Assembly (NCBI RefSeq): GCF_964204865.1
Contig: NC_135251.1
Location: 18,352,001-18,416,000 of the forward strand
Direction of reading: 5' to 3'
Length of the DNA stretch: 64,000 bases
From: Styela clava
Lineage: Eukaryota
The notes below the pieces were generated by a model. The model had not been told where the DNA came from. It searched no databases and saw only the letters and a list, made by a program, of their open reading frames with translations. The translations under genes and the position numbers were made by a program. Below are positions 1 through 13,354 of the stretch, in pieces; the first letter of the stretch is position 1, and every line of letters starts with the position of its first letter.

Positions 1-1889
1 TTATAGTAGTTCAAGTAGTAGTCTAACCAAGCTGACCAAATTATGAGTCGGTAAAAATTCAGAAATTTCTATAAGACTTTTATACTTTTGTGAGATGATA
101 AATAGGGTATGCCTTTCGTGTCACTTTAAACATGGCAGGAAATATAAAAAATTGTATAAGAATTCGGGCAATTATTTCTTTTTATGTATTTTATAATAGC
201 GTTTTCTGCCCCATTTTTTCATTGGTTGGCGGACATATCCATTAACCAATCAAACCGTGCCTTATGTGACTGTTGCATGAAACATAGGCGTGTTGTGATA
301 ACCGAAAACAGCCATAAACAAGAACAAACAATGATAACAGACACGATGTTTTGTGCCGGAGGATACAATACTACCGTCAATGTCAACTCGCCTCATATTC
401 ACTGTTATGATTAAGATTCACAACTATTGGATGATATGCATAACGAAGTTTAAATATTAAAGAATTCACTATTTTTAATAAATTATGAAAGTACAGACAT
501 GTCATACTTTCAGATTGGAATGCCAATGAATATGAAAAATTACATTTGTATTTGAACAATTATTTTTTATGCATTGATTAATTTGCTTCACTTGACGGAA
601 ACAGTGCGAAAGTCTATACTTTACTAAACCGCTGGATTGATTTCAGCTTTGTTCAACTTTTTTCTACGCATATGGGTCTTGATTAGGGAGAGCTTGCGAG
701 GCTGAAAATAATAACACAGGTCCGTCAATGGTTCAAGATCATAGCAAAAACATGGGGGGTGTAGATTGTTGTGATATGCCGTTATCTTTGTATTGAAATA
801 AAATTGGCTGTGATCAAGCGTAAATAACACCAAATAATTAAAAGGGCATATCATATGCGCATTATGCGCACAAATACATACAGTAAATATGGAAATTCAA
901 TATTCATGTTTTTAAGCAGCACAAGAAATGTATTTGTCGTTGATAAACATCAAAATGAATGGGAAGGTAATGTGCTTGAAGAAAAACGTATGAATTTTGG
1001 ATAGCGTGAATCTAATGGCAAACTCATATTTAGGAATAGGTTTCACAAAAAACGCGCAATAGGATATCTTACGAAGTTTTTCGACATCTTATGTGAACTT
1101 GCTTCGCACTTAGTCTAGAAATATACTCTAATCACAGCTTCTCTCTTTGAGGGGAGAAAGGGTTCTTCAGGAGCAATAAATTATCAGTTTCGGAAAGGAA
1201 AAATTACGATGAATTACCTAAACCATTTTTTTGACCATGACTTGGTAGATTAAAATCACGCCATTTTGACTAATTATTATAAAGTGAACATGGGGAATGT
1301 TTGTTTGGTTACATTGCGATACCCTGATAATAATTGGTGCATAGAAATTTGATGGTCTTTATTTTGGTGACACTACATGTTTCCACTCACATTATCTGTT
1401 GATCACTATACCGATACAAGAGAAGAATTTTGTATGGGTATATCGTTTGAAAATGAAACGCCTTATGTTCTAACTACTAATTAAATTAGTTAGATATTCG
1501 TCTGACTCCAAAACAGAAAGATTAATAGGTTACGTGTTCAGCTGAGATGTCTGTTAATTTGATATAACAGCAAAAAGATCCAAATATTTACCTGTATAGA
1601 TTTTATTTCCTTGATAAATATATTACAATAACTTAAATCAAATAAACCTATTTACAATTCTAAGTTATTATTATTGACGGTTGATTAATAGAGATTATCA
1701 GATTAATTGTACTTGAGATCTCTTTGTTTGTTTGAGATCGCATTTTAAAGTATATCACAATTCAAACAGGCTTTTCTCGATGATTCTAGAGAAATCCATG
1801 TAAAACAGGGGTGATTCATCATATCATATGAGAATTATTCACTCTGCATACAGCTATGTGTCGAAATTTCATATTAGAATGTTCTAGAA

Positions 1890-3170
1890 CATGGGTGGGC
1901 AACCTTTTTCGGCTCGCGTGCCAAAATCGGCTAAACTTAACGACAAAATTCTCCCGCGTGCCGACCAATATTAAAAACTATGCTTTGCTACTGTCAAAGC
2001 AAAAAACTTTTTGAACATGTACAGACAGATCCACTTTTTGGTAAAATATCAGTCCGTAAAGATATTTGATTACTTTTCTAATGCTGCTGCATTACCACTG
2101 ATAGAGATTTTACATTGAATTTATATTTGGTAACTGTCAAAGAAAGAAATACACCAACTACTGGTTTCATCTTTAGGGATACTCCTGTTACGAGACTTAA
2201 TAAGGTTCATAACTGAGAACAGAGATTCACAAGCATATGTAAATAAAAACATACATGAGTAATGCAGTTGCAGACACGAAAAATTTTCGGCGATGGCTTT
2301 CCAATAGCGCAATAGTTGTTTTCTGCACTTCTCTCTTGTATCCCTTTCCATGATCGTTTATAATTTTTCCGAAATCAATTTATAACAGTAAGGTAGCAAG
2401 TAACTCTAACCAACATGAGCTATACTTCATAAATCAGGCAGAAAGAAGAAAAAGGGCGGCACAGACGACATACCGTATTTCCCGGCGAATAAGTCTACCC
2501 TGTAAATAAGACGAGGCCGGTTTTTAAGCCTGAAAACATGGGTTTTTGCATATAACCTACAATAAGTCGGGGTAGTAAAATCGCATCAACATCGGAATCT
2601 CAAACTACCATGCAATGCCTTTTGAGCGGTCGCCGCGTTTGCGCATTGGTTAATATAGCCTATAATGACGTTTTTTGCAAGGTAATATTCAATCCATAAT
2701 AACTACGGGAATTCGAACTGTCTTTAAATTTTAATCTAATTGTGTTCAACTCGTGATTGCGTCCACCATAAAAGAACATTAGCTAAATCATAATAAGGCG
2801 ACACCAAAAAAATGAAAATTACCAGACTCGCCTAATAAGACGATCCCCTCAAAATCAGGCCAAAAATTTGGGTCTAGAAAAGCGACTTTTTCGCCGGGAA
2901 ATACGGTATATTACGTGAAAATTTAGCCAAATAAATGCTGCGCTCTTCCTGACAAGTTTCTCCGGACCTCTCTCTTTTGTTGCGTCATAATTTATTCCTT
3001 TGTAGCTATATGTCATGGAAGGACGGGAAGATTTGAAATAAATAACGGTTTGTCAACGAATCACAAGGAATAAAGAAACACTGAGTTTCATCAGATAATT
3101 CAGATTCTTGAAATTATTTATCTGAAGGTGAAGGATCTTGTTTTCAAGGCCTCGCTCGCGTGCCGAATAA
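1890..3170 (-). mobile_element. Non-autonomous hAT (Charlie/Buster-like) element with one end deleted
   Basis: TIR catgggtgggcaacc follows ttctagaa. Minus-strand hAT C-terminal remnant (TYACESLFSVMNLIKSRNRS). Subterminal cgcgtgcc repeats. Empty site in unit 3. Confidence 0.8.
2473..2906. mobile_element. Tc1/mariner (Tc2-like) MITE nested in the hAT element
   Basis: TIRs ccgtatttcccggcgaa / ttcgccgggaaatacgg flanked by TA on both sides. Confidence 0.9.
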
Positions 3171-6100
3171 ATAGTATCCGTACGTTATACGCATACGGAT
3201 TCACCATTGCAAAAAAATTTGAAAATTCCACTGGATGGAATATTACTAAATAATTAAATGGGCCTCTGCGCATTATTTCCACAAATACATACAGTAAATA
3301 TGAAAATTCCGCTACATCCACATTGACAGATCAAATAATCATGTTTTTCCAGCAGCACAAGAAATGCATTTGTCGTTGATTAACATCAAAATGAATGGGA
3401 AGGTAATGTGTTTGAAGACAAACGTATGATTTTCAGATAAATCCAATTTTAAACTCAGATTTAGGGATATGTTTCACAGCAAACGCGCGATAGGATATAC
3501 TACGAAATGTTCCGATATTTTGTATGAACTAAGCACAGCACTAAATTATCAGCTTCGACAAAAAAAATGACAATGAATTAGCTAACCCAATTTTTTGACA
3601 TAGACACGTACCTACAGGGGACAAAGGTCTCTTTGGAAGCAAGAAATTATCAGCTTCGAAAATAGAAAATTACGATAAATACCTAACCCAATTTACTGAT
3701 AATAACACAGCAGCTTATATTCACGTCATAAATCATTTTGACTAAATATTTTCATCAATTTAGTATCTCGGACGTTTTGGGATAAATTGGACATAGGAAA
3801 TGATTGCTTGGGTGCATAGCGATACTCTGATAATAATAGGTGCATAGAAATTTGATCGTCTTTTTTTTTTGGTGACACTACGCATTTCCACTCACAACAT
3901 CTGTTGATCATTATACCGATACAAGAGAAGAATTTTGTACGCGTATATATCGTTTGCATTAACATTGAATATTTCGCTTTTAGTTGAATATTTGTGTGTG
4001 TAGGTCAGAGTGATCTTCATATCACTGACATGTATGTCATTACAATAAACAAAATGTAAATTAGATGCTTCAGTAAAATTATGGCTGTGTTGTCGTCCGG
4101 GACCGTATTCCTTTATGGATAAATGATTTCATTTTCATCAATTAGCTATGATATGAAGACGTGGAAAGTCCAGTCTTAAGTAATAATCCTGCAATAATTA
4201 TGTACACAAGATCATAATGCCAAGAGAATTCCGAGTTCATTTAACACAAACTTTTATTTTATTTTTTTATTTCGTCATGCCGAGTTCAGATTTATACAGA
4301 TGAGCATGTTTCAACTATTACAAGAAAGGGCCATAACATGCACATAAATATTGGGTATAACATTGTTGAGTGTGTTTTCAATGGAGGCAAATTATGGGCA
4401 CCTGAACAACAATAGGGAGGGACAGTTAAGCAGCAAATTATTGAATTGAATATCCCGCAGTGTTTGTGACGAATAAATATTAGTAAACTAAACATTCTTC
4501 AAGTACTCCGCAAACAGCACAGATGAAGTTTTCTGATTGGGTGAACGCCACGATGACCTTCAACTGTTGACTATGAATAATTTCACTTTTAAAATAAATG
4601 GCTAATAACTATTCAGTCAGTAATCGTATATAACGCTCAAATTAAACAAATGAATGGATAGGCTACCCCTCTTGTATATTCATTCCTAGACTCTCCAACG
4701 TTCCAAATCGTTAATCAAATGAGAAACGTTGAAAATACATGAATGATACATAATATAGTAATCTTTATATGTACAATAGTATCTGTACGTTATACGCATA
4801 CGGATTCATCATTACAAAGAAATATGAAAATTCCACTGGATGGAATAACCCCAAGTAAATAAATGGGCCTCTGCGCATAATTGCACAAATACATACAGTA
4901 AATGTAAAAATTCTGCTACATCCACATTGACAGATCAAATAATCATGTTTTTCCAGTAGCACAAAAAATGTATTTGTCGTTGATAAACATCAAAAAGAAT
5001 GGGAAGGTAATGTGCTTGAAAAAAAAACGTATGATTTCCAGATAAAACTAATTGTAAACTCAGATTTAGGGATAGGTTTCACAGCAAACGCGCGATAGGA
5101 TATACTACGAAATGTTCCGATATTTTATACGAACTTGCTTCTACACCAAGCCTATTGAAATATACTCTAACCACAGTTTCTTTAAAGCACAGTACTAAAT
5201 TATCAGCTTCGAAAAAGAAAAATTACAATGAATTACCTAATCCAATTTTTTGACAGAGACACGTACCTACAGGGGACAAAGGTCTCTTTGGAAATACGAA
5301 ATTATCAGCTTCGAAAATGGAAAATTACAATAAATACCTAACCCAATTTACTGACAATAACATGGCAGCTTATATTCACGTCATAAATCATTTTGACCAA
5401 ATATTTTCATCAATTTAGTATCTCGGACGTTTTGGGATAAATTGAACATTGGGAATGATTGCTTGGGTGCATAGCGATACTCTGATAATAATAGGTGCAT
5501 AGAAATTTGATCGTCTTTATTTGGGTGAAACTACGCATTTCCACTCACAACATCTGTTCATCATTATACCGATACAAGAGAAGAATTTTGTACGCGTATA
5601 TCATTTGCATTAACATTAAATATTTCGCTTCTAGTTGAATATTAGTTTGTGTAGGTCAGAGCTATCTTCATATCATTTACATGTATGTCACTACAATTAA
5701 CAAGATATAAATTAGATTCTCCAGTAAAATATAGGCTTTATGAGCGTCCGGAACCGTATTGTTTCACTTTCATTAATTACCTATGATATGAAGCCATGGA
5801 AAGTCCAGTCTTGCGTATTGATTCTGCAAAAAGGATGTACCAAAGATCACAATGCCGAGAGAATTCCAGATTTATTCATGTTTCCAAACACGTACGTCTT
5901 GCTAGCTCTTATTAACCAGCATCCAAAACCAAGAAAAACATTGTTCTCAAATACATACGATTTCTGATTTTAGACCAATATAGTAACAATCTTGTTTCGG
6001 ACCAGGAGTGAATTAATTTCTATATATGTATATGTCTTTTTTCTACTGTGTTGACAATACTAATTCATTGTTTCATTGTACGAAACCATTCGTTGTATAA

Positions 6101-6235
6101 AACAATCCGTCATCAGTCTTGCATAAACGATATCTTTCTATATTTATGTAAAGTAATTCCGAAAACTCAGCGATATCAACTCACTGAATATAAAATTTCT
6201 ATTTTCTCAATTTGACGAAAATCGTTTCTCGAAGG

Positions 6236-6243
6236 TATAAATA
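6236..6243 (+). promoter_or_regulatory. Candidate TATA box of IL-17 copy 1
   Basis: TATAAATA about 100 bp upstream of the ATG at 6343. Confidence 0.5.
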
Positions 6244-6342
6244 GAATGCAAAAAATGTGTCTGAATTCAAACATCACACTATCAAGAAGAAGTAGTACTC
6301 AATTTGAGGAAATTTCTCAACGTCGATACGCACTATACAAAA

Positions 6343-8452
6343 ATGAAGGTGAAGTAAATTTTTAAGATTTATTCATCTATTCTAGATTATTTGAATATAT
6401 GCACTGTTCCACTATTGTTAATGGTGGATAATTAACGGACGAAAATTTAAAATACAATTTTTTTTTACTTTCAGGCACATCAAGTCAGCGGTGTAATTAT
6501 ACTTGTATTCCTTGCAAATTGTCAAAGATGTTTTTCACGTCGAATTTATGATGCAGAAGCTCAATTTCTATCCAGGTAAGAAAACAAATTAAAATGAGCC
6601 AACTTCGAAAAAATATTGATATGTAATGTATAAATATTTCCTCAATTTTCCAGCGAACATCTAGATGAATCAGCTGATTTCCCAAGCTACAGAGAAATAA
6701 GAAGACAGTCGGTATGTTACAAAATAGATTTTCATAAATGTAATTTGTTGTAGCGATTGTTAAAGTGGTTTTCAAGCTCTATATCAGTGGTTCTCAACCG
6801 GGGGTTCGCGAAGCATTTCCAGGGGGTCCGCGATTAAATTTAGATTTTATGAAATTATTTGCATTTTAATATCGTTTTTATTTGTAATACGCTCGAACAT
6901 TTGCTGCCTATGACAATGTGACAATAGCCTACAAAAACCTCCCGTAGACCTATTGTGACAAATACGAGTTATGACATCACAATGATAAATACGAGAACGC
7001 AGCTACAGTGATTTCAAGGGTATGTAGTCATTGGTCACATTCTCATTTGAAGCGAAGTAGCTAGTTGTTCTACAGCCAACAAAGGAGATCGTGTTGCTTT
7101 CCAAAATTTAACCAGCATGGCTAAATCGAGAAAGTACTCGGAAAGTTATCTTGAAATGGGGTTTACCTCAGTGTCAGAGGGTGGCAAGGAAAAACCGCAA
7201 TGCGTTTTATGCTATGCTGTCCTCAGCAACTTTCTCACAAATCCCTTTCTCAGTTTTGGAGCGCCATTTTGCCGTCGGACCCAAAAGTATCGATGGAAGC
7301 ATTACGTGTTATTGTCCCATTTGCCTCCACTTACCTTTGTAAAAGTGGATTTTCTGCTGTCGTCCATATCAAATGCAAGGCTCGTAACCAACTAAACGTC
7401 GAAGACGATATGCGTCTATCGTTATCGAAAACACGACCACGTATTTCAAGACTTGCTTCTGATATGCAACAGCAGAAATCCCATTAAGTGTTTTCGATTT
7501 TACAAAATAAATGAAAATGTCCACTAGTTTGGTGTTATTATTGACTTGGTTAAATCTGTATGGAACATTAGGTTGCTGTTCAAGCTATAAACTAAGTTTC
7601 AAATAAAAAACATTTGAGAGCACCAGAAGGGTCCGCAAAGACAAAAAGGTTGAGAACCACTGCTCTATATTAACAAATTTTCTCCAAGAATACTAATTGA
7701 CTGCGTAAAACAACCAAGCACTATAGCACGTCAATTGAAGTTAAGGATGCTTAGATAAAAAACATACAGCCCCGGTGCACACAACTACCTACCGTATGTC
7801 ATGTTGTAAGCGGCGCAACGCTTTTCTCTGTGGTCTATGTGGCACCTGTATGTCATATGTAGCATTCCCACTGTTGTTGATTATGCAAAATTAAACCGCT
7901 TTTGAATTATAGGCTGATTGTCCATCAATCATTGACTCGCCAAGACATTGTCCATACGTCAGAGGATACTCTGGAACGAATGATCAAGAAAATCTATCAG
8001 GAAGTAGCATTACTCCTTGGACAACAAGGTAAGTTGATCAGGTTCGATTGATCGTTTTACAAACATAAAATTTGCATTGACTGTTGTTTTAACATTACAA
8101 CGCGGGGTTGCATTATGTTACTTTATTTTGTAGTGGAAATGTAGGACAATTTTGAGAAAATATTTGAACCTTCAATTTTTCATTTTATAAAAGCATTATG
8201 TTTTGATTTGTTTACAGAATTGACATTGATCCTTTACGCTCACCCCAGGCTTTTCCAGTAGTTTGTTGTGCATGCACCCACTGCGTTGACATATCTGGTT
8301 CTGAGCCTAAAATCCTGCGAGAACATTACAGTGAGAAAGTCTACGTAAAAAAGGAAGTGAGAAGAGCAGAGGATGGATTTCGACCTCGTTATATCAAAGT
8401 AGCTGTTGGATGCACCTGTGTTCACAAACCCTTTGGTGGACATCGAATGTAA
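6343..8452 (+). CDS. IL17: IL-17 family cytokine, copy 1 (~179 aa). Exons 6343-6348, 6475-6575, 6654-6711, 7770-7793 (uncertain), 7913-8028, 8218-8452
   Basis: Signal peptide MKAHQVSGVIILVFLANC. Motifs SSITPW, DPLRSP, CCACTHC and VAVGCTCV match the IL-17 cystine-knot pattern. Splice phases are consistent. Confidence 0.88.
6785..7662 (+). mobile_element. Internally deleted hAT (Buster/Charlie) element in IL-17 intron 3
   Basis: TIRs cagtggttctcaacc / ggttgagaaccactg, perfect 8-bp TSD ctctatat. N-terminal RKYSESYLEMGF..KPQCVLC joined to C-terminal PFASTYLCKSGFS dimerization remnant. Confidence 0.95.
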
Positions 8453-8765
8453 CCTGGGACATGAAGTTTAATTTGTCGTTTACTTTTAAAATATGTTTTA
8501 AAATGTTTTGAGAATTTCATCAAATGCTTTAAATACTTTTAGGAAATGTTTTATGTACTACAGCCAACAAAGTAAAGTTTGTCTCGTGTGGCGGTTGAAT
8601 TTTATGAAGCGTGTAAACATTTCATATATTCCACAAAAAAGAATCAATTTCAAGAAAAAGTCTACAATGAATTTATTCAGACAAAGTTATTTATATGTTT
8701 GTTTTTCATATAAAAATCATGTGATTTTTGTTCTACTTTATTGCGAATAGTATTATCATTTAGTT

Positions 8766-8813
8766 CAGTGGTTTTCAGCCTTAGGCTCGCTGAACCCCGG
8801 TTGAAAGCCACTG
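8766..8813. mobile_element. 48-bp minimal hAT MITE
   Basis: cagtggttttcagcc...ggttgaaagccactg, TSD atttagtt/atttagtg. A longer version occurs at 24915. Confidence 0.8.
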
Positions 8814-9370
8814 ATTTAGTGTGTATTTAAGCTATTTATTGACTATTTTACCAAACAAGTGTTATAATATATAATGTAAGTGTGTTAAAGTATGTTTATC
8901 TCAGAGTTTTTGAAAATGTCGCAATATTCTGTCTTATACTGGTCTTACTAAGTCGAATCAACAAAATATGTTTTATAACGATTAATTAATATAAAGGAAA
9001 CAATTAGAAAGTGTCAAAATGTACCCATTGTTTGGCTTTTTGCGATATTTCAAAATAAAATTGAAGGCAAATAAAGAAGAAACTTTTATTTCCTCATCAG
9101 TTTGGACTATTTATTATATTTGGATGTTCGATTTATAATGGTTCTTATGGATATCACAACAGTTTACAAAACAGTTTACAGCTCACAAAAGAAACAAGAC
9201 GTTTATGTTTGTCAAATAATATAGAAAAGAATATTTTGTATCGTATTAGCAATCTTTCATCCGTATGAATGGAATGTAATAAAATTATGTGAAATGTAAA
9301 TACTTAATAAACTCCGATTAGTAGTGATTGCGATCATATTTGTTTTTACTCGTGTTTTAGCAGAACATGG

Positions 9371-9984
9371 TGTCACTTTTGGGACCCATAAATGATAAGT
9401 CGCTCTGCCAGACTCATTTTATTAAAAATATTCAAAACGGTTGACTAAAATACAAAAGGAAGTAATTAGCACCAAATAAACCAAAGACAATTGATACAGA
9501 ATTAAAGAATATAAAACTACTACTTACACAAAACAACTCCATGTAACAGCATAGTCCCAAAACGACAGATATACAACCAAGATAAAACACTATAAATACA
9601 ATACAATACGAGCTGCAGACATGCAAATATAATGTTATATCGAACGATTTGAAATACAGTATGAAAAGACGCTATAAACGGAGACTACTAAATGAATTCA
9701 AACCACAATGTTATAAAAGCGATGTAATCTTAAACTGTCATAACAAGAATTAAAATCCTAAACTGCTAACACCAGAAATGCAATCATGAACATCTTGCTG
9801 AGCCTGAGGGACGATAATAAAATGAATACGTAAAACGATGACACGTGAAAGAGAAAAACGCAACACGCCGGATGCAAGAAAATAAACACAGTGAGGATGA
9901 CGTCGACAAGATGGCGATAATCATCATGATGACGATATACAATTGAAGGAACCCAAAAAACTTCAGACCAGAGGTCTGCCGACA
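9371..9984 (-). mobile_element. Solo LTR (614 bp)
   Basis: TGTC...GACA termini, 5-bp TSD catgg, absent from unit 2 (gcagaacatggaacc near 25672). Minus-strand AATAAA about 50 bp from its end. Confidence 0.88.
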
Positions 9985-10087
9985 CATGGAACCGAGGCAT
10001 CGCGATTTAAAATGGAATAACCGCGTTTCCGTCAGGTTTTACCTATGATTATACCGACTATGTTGAATATGAATATATACCTATAAT

Positions 10088-10253
10088 CAACGTTCCCTCT
10101 AAGCTGGCCGGGAATCCCCTCGCAGTACTTTTGTTCTGCCGCGCACTGCATAAATATTGACAACAAAACAAGCTAAATTATTCGCGCAAACCTTTTTTTG
10201 GAGCTCACATGGCCTTCTATTCCGCGCAACTACGCAAGCTCGAGGGAACGTTG
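10088..10253. mobile_element. hAT-type MITE (166 bp)
   Basis: TIRs caacgttccctc / gagggaacgttg, 8-bp TSD cctataat. Empty site in unit 2 near 25762. Confidence 0.9.
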
Positions 10254-13039
10254 CCTATAATCAGTTGCGTTTTCATACTCCAGGATGGTGACCAAACAAT
10301 GTAAACACGATCCATAGGACCAATTCATTTACTCCCTGAAAAATATAAATATTGCAATGTTTGATGGGCAGTTAATATGCTCCTAAATTATTGGGCGATG
10401 AATGGCTATGCAGCACCACATTACAGTGGTAGCAGAGTAATGCAAGCTGCTTCGATTGTCGTCAGATCTTTTTGCAAGAAAACAATATTTTAACTCGGTT
10501 TAATATTGTTTATTGCTGTTATAGTAGTTCAAGTAGTAGTCTAACCAAGCTGACCAAATTATGAGTCGGTAAAAATTCAGAAATTTCTATAAGACTTTTA
10601 TACTTTTGTGAGATGATAAATAGGGTATGCCTTTCGTGTCACTTTAAACATGGCAGGAAATATAAAAAATTTTATAAGAATTCGGGCAATTATTTCTTTT
10701 TATGTATTTTATAATAGCGTCACATGCCTAATTATATTATTTGGAATAGTTGTCCGAGAACAATGAAAAAGTGGTTTGTCGAATTAATATTGTTGGGGGG
10801 CAAATTAAGTTGTTTCGAATAGAGACAATTGTCACAAAAAGGGTAATTACATTCTTGATATGAGAAAGAATTCATAATATATACATTCACCATATTGCCG
10901 TATGAAGCGCACTGAACGTTTTCTGCCCCATTTTTTCATTGGTTGGCGGACATATCCATTAACCAATCAAACCGTGCCTTATGTGACTGTTGCATGAAAC
11001 ATAGGCGTGTTGTGATAACCGAAAACAGCCATAAACAAGAACAAACAATGATAACAGACACGATGTTTTGTGCCGGAGGATACAATACCACCGTCAATGT
11101 CAACTCGACTCATATTCACTGTTATGATTAAGATTCACAACTATTGGATGATATGCATAACGAAGTTTAAATATTAAAGAATTCACTATTTTTAATAAAT
11201 TATGAATGTACAGACATGTCATACTTTCAGATTGGAATGCCAATGAATATGAAAAATTACATTTGTATTTGAACAATTATTTTTTATGCATTGATTAATT
11301 TGCTTCACTTGACGGAAACAGTGCGAAAGTCTATACTTTACTAAACCGCTGGATTGATTTCAGCATTGTTCAACTTTTTTCTACGCATATGGGTCTTGAT
11401 TAGGGAGAGCTTGCGAGGCTGAAAATAATAACACAGGTCCGTCAATGGTTCAAGATCATAGCAAAAACATGGGGGGTGTAGATTGTTGTGATATGCCGTT
11501 ATCTTTGTATTGAAATAAAATTGGCTGTGATCAAGCGTAAATAACACCAAATAATTAAAAGGGCATATCATATGCGCATTATGCGCACAAATACATACAG
11601 TAAATATGGAAATTCCGCTACATTCATATTGACAGATCAATATTCATGTTTTTAAGCAGCACAAGAAATGTATTTGTCGTTGATAAACATCAAAATGAAT
11701 GGGAAGGTAATGTGCTAGAAGAAAAACGTATGAATTTTGGATAGCGTGAATCTAATGGCAAACTCATATTTAGGAATAGGTTTCACAAAAAACGCGCAAT
11801 AGGATATCTTACGAAGTTTTTCGACATCTTATGTGAACTTGCTTCGCACTTAGTCTAGAAATATACTCTAATCACAGCTTCTCTCTTTGAGGGGAGAAAG
11901 GGTTCTTCAGGAGCAATAAATTATCAGTTTCGGAAAGGAAAAATTACGATGAATTACCTAAACCATTTTTTTGACCATGACATGGTAGATTAAAATCACG
12001 CCATTTTGACTAATTATTATAAAGTGAACATGGGGAATGTTTGCTTGGTTACATTGCGATACCCTGATAATAATTGGTGCATAGAAATTTGATGGTCTTT
12101 ATTTTGCTGACACTACATGTTTCCACTCACATTATCTGTTGATCACTATACCGATACAAGAGAAGAATTTTGTATGGGTATATCGTTTGAAAATGAAACG
12201 CCTTATGTTCTAACTACTAATTAAATTAGTTAGATATTCGTCTGACTCCAAAACAGAAAGATTAATAGGTTACGTGTTCAGCTGAGATGTCTGTTAATTT
12301 GATATAACAGCAAAAAGATCCAAATATTTACCTGTATAGATTTTATTTCCTTGATAAATATATTACAATAACTTAAATCAAATAAACCTATTTACAATTC
12401 TAAGTTATTATTATTGACGGTTGATTAATAGAGATTATCAGATTAATTGTACTTGAGATCTCTTTGTTTGTTTGAGATCGCATTTTAAAGTATATCACAA
12501 TTCAAACAGGCTTTTCTCGATGATTCTAGAGAAATCCATGTAAAACAGGGGTGATTCATCATATCATATGAGAATTATTCACTCTGCATACAGCTATGTG
12601 TCGAAATTTCATATTAGAATGTTCTAGAACATGGGTGGGCAACCTTTTTCGGCTCGCGTGCCAAAATCGGCTAAACTTAACGACAAAATTCTCCCGCGTG
12701 CCGACCAATATTAAAAACTATGCTTTGCTACTGTCAAAGCAAAAAACTTTTTGAACATGTACAGACAGATTCACTTTTCGGTAAAATATCAGTCCGTAAA
12801 GATATTTGATTACTTTTCTAATGCTGCTGCATTACCACTGATAGAGATTTTACATTGAATTTATATTTGGTAACTGTCAAAGAAAGAAATACACCAACTA
12901 CTGGTTTCATCTTTAGGGATACTCCTGTTACGAGACTTAATAAGGTTCATAACTGAGAACAGAGATTCACAAGCATATGTAAATAAAAACATACATGAGT
13001 AATGCAGTTGCAGACACGAAAAATTTTCGGCGATGGCTT

Positions 13040-13354
13040 TATAGCATATATAATTGGTAGATAAATGTGATGTTACCGTATATTGCTAATTTGTAGATTG
13101 TCTCTGACTTGTAAGTCACCCGTTCACCCTTCAGCTTCAACGCCCACGTGAATGAAGATGCGTTAAAAATCTCTATATGTTTTTATTTGTAAATTTCCAC
13201 AACACACAGAATACAAATCTTATAACATTTATCCAGACTAGCTTAGAATGGTTTACATCGTCTTCCTCACATCGTCCTCCTTCGAAATATATCGGAGTCG
13301 TATTTATACGTCGATCGTACATCTAATTAAATACTGTAAACGTGAGCTCCGTGA
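13040..13354 (-). repeat. Inverted, diverged LTR-like segment (TATA, poly(A) signal and U5-like end on the minus strand)
   Basis: Reverse complement has TATAAATA, then ttgtattctgtgtgttgtggaaatttacaAATAAA, then caatctacaaa, ending ctata. The LTR at 17281-18008 has ttgtatttctgtatatattgtcggaattgcAATAAA, caatctacaaa and ctata in the same order. Confidence 0.65.

Larger units (their letters stand above)
830..5870 (+). repeat. Three diverged internal repeat blocks (~830-1450, ~3170-4240, ~4775-5870) upstream of IL-17, repeated again in units 2 and 3
   Basis: Shared strings such as cacaaatacatacagtaaat, gaatgggaaggtaatgtg and ataccgatacaagagaagaattttg. Confidence 0.85.
1..10518 (+). repeat. Segmental tandem duplication unit 1 (begins before the window)
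   Basis: Position 1 (ttatagtagttcaagtagtag) recurs at 10519. Near-identical to unit 2 up to the last IL-17 exon. Confidence 0.95.

Noticed and set aside
328-414. MITDTMFCAGG resembles the trypsin ITDNMFCAG motif
   Set aside because: No GDSGGP or other protease exons nearby, and a stop follows. Kept only as possible debris.
7117-7487. Domesticated ZBED-like host gene
   Set aside because: It lies inside TIRs and a TSD, lacks the catalytic core, and the two remnants are in different frames.
7689-7700. In-frame TGA in a possible longer IL-17 exon as a selenocysteine codon
   Set aside because: Downstream in-frame acceptors avoid it and no SECIS element was recognised.
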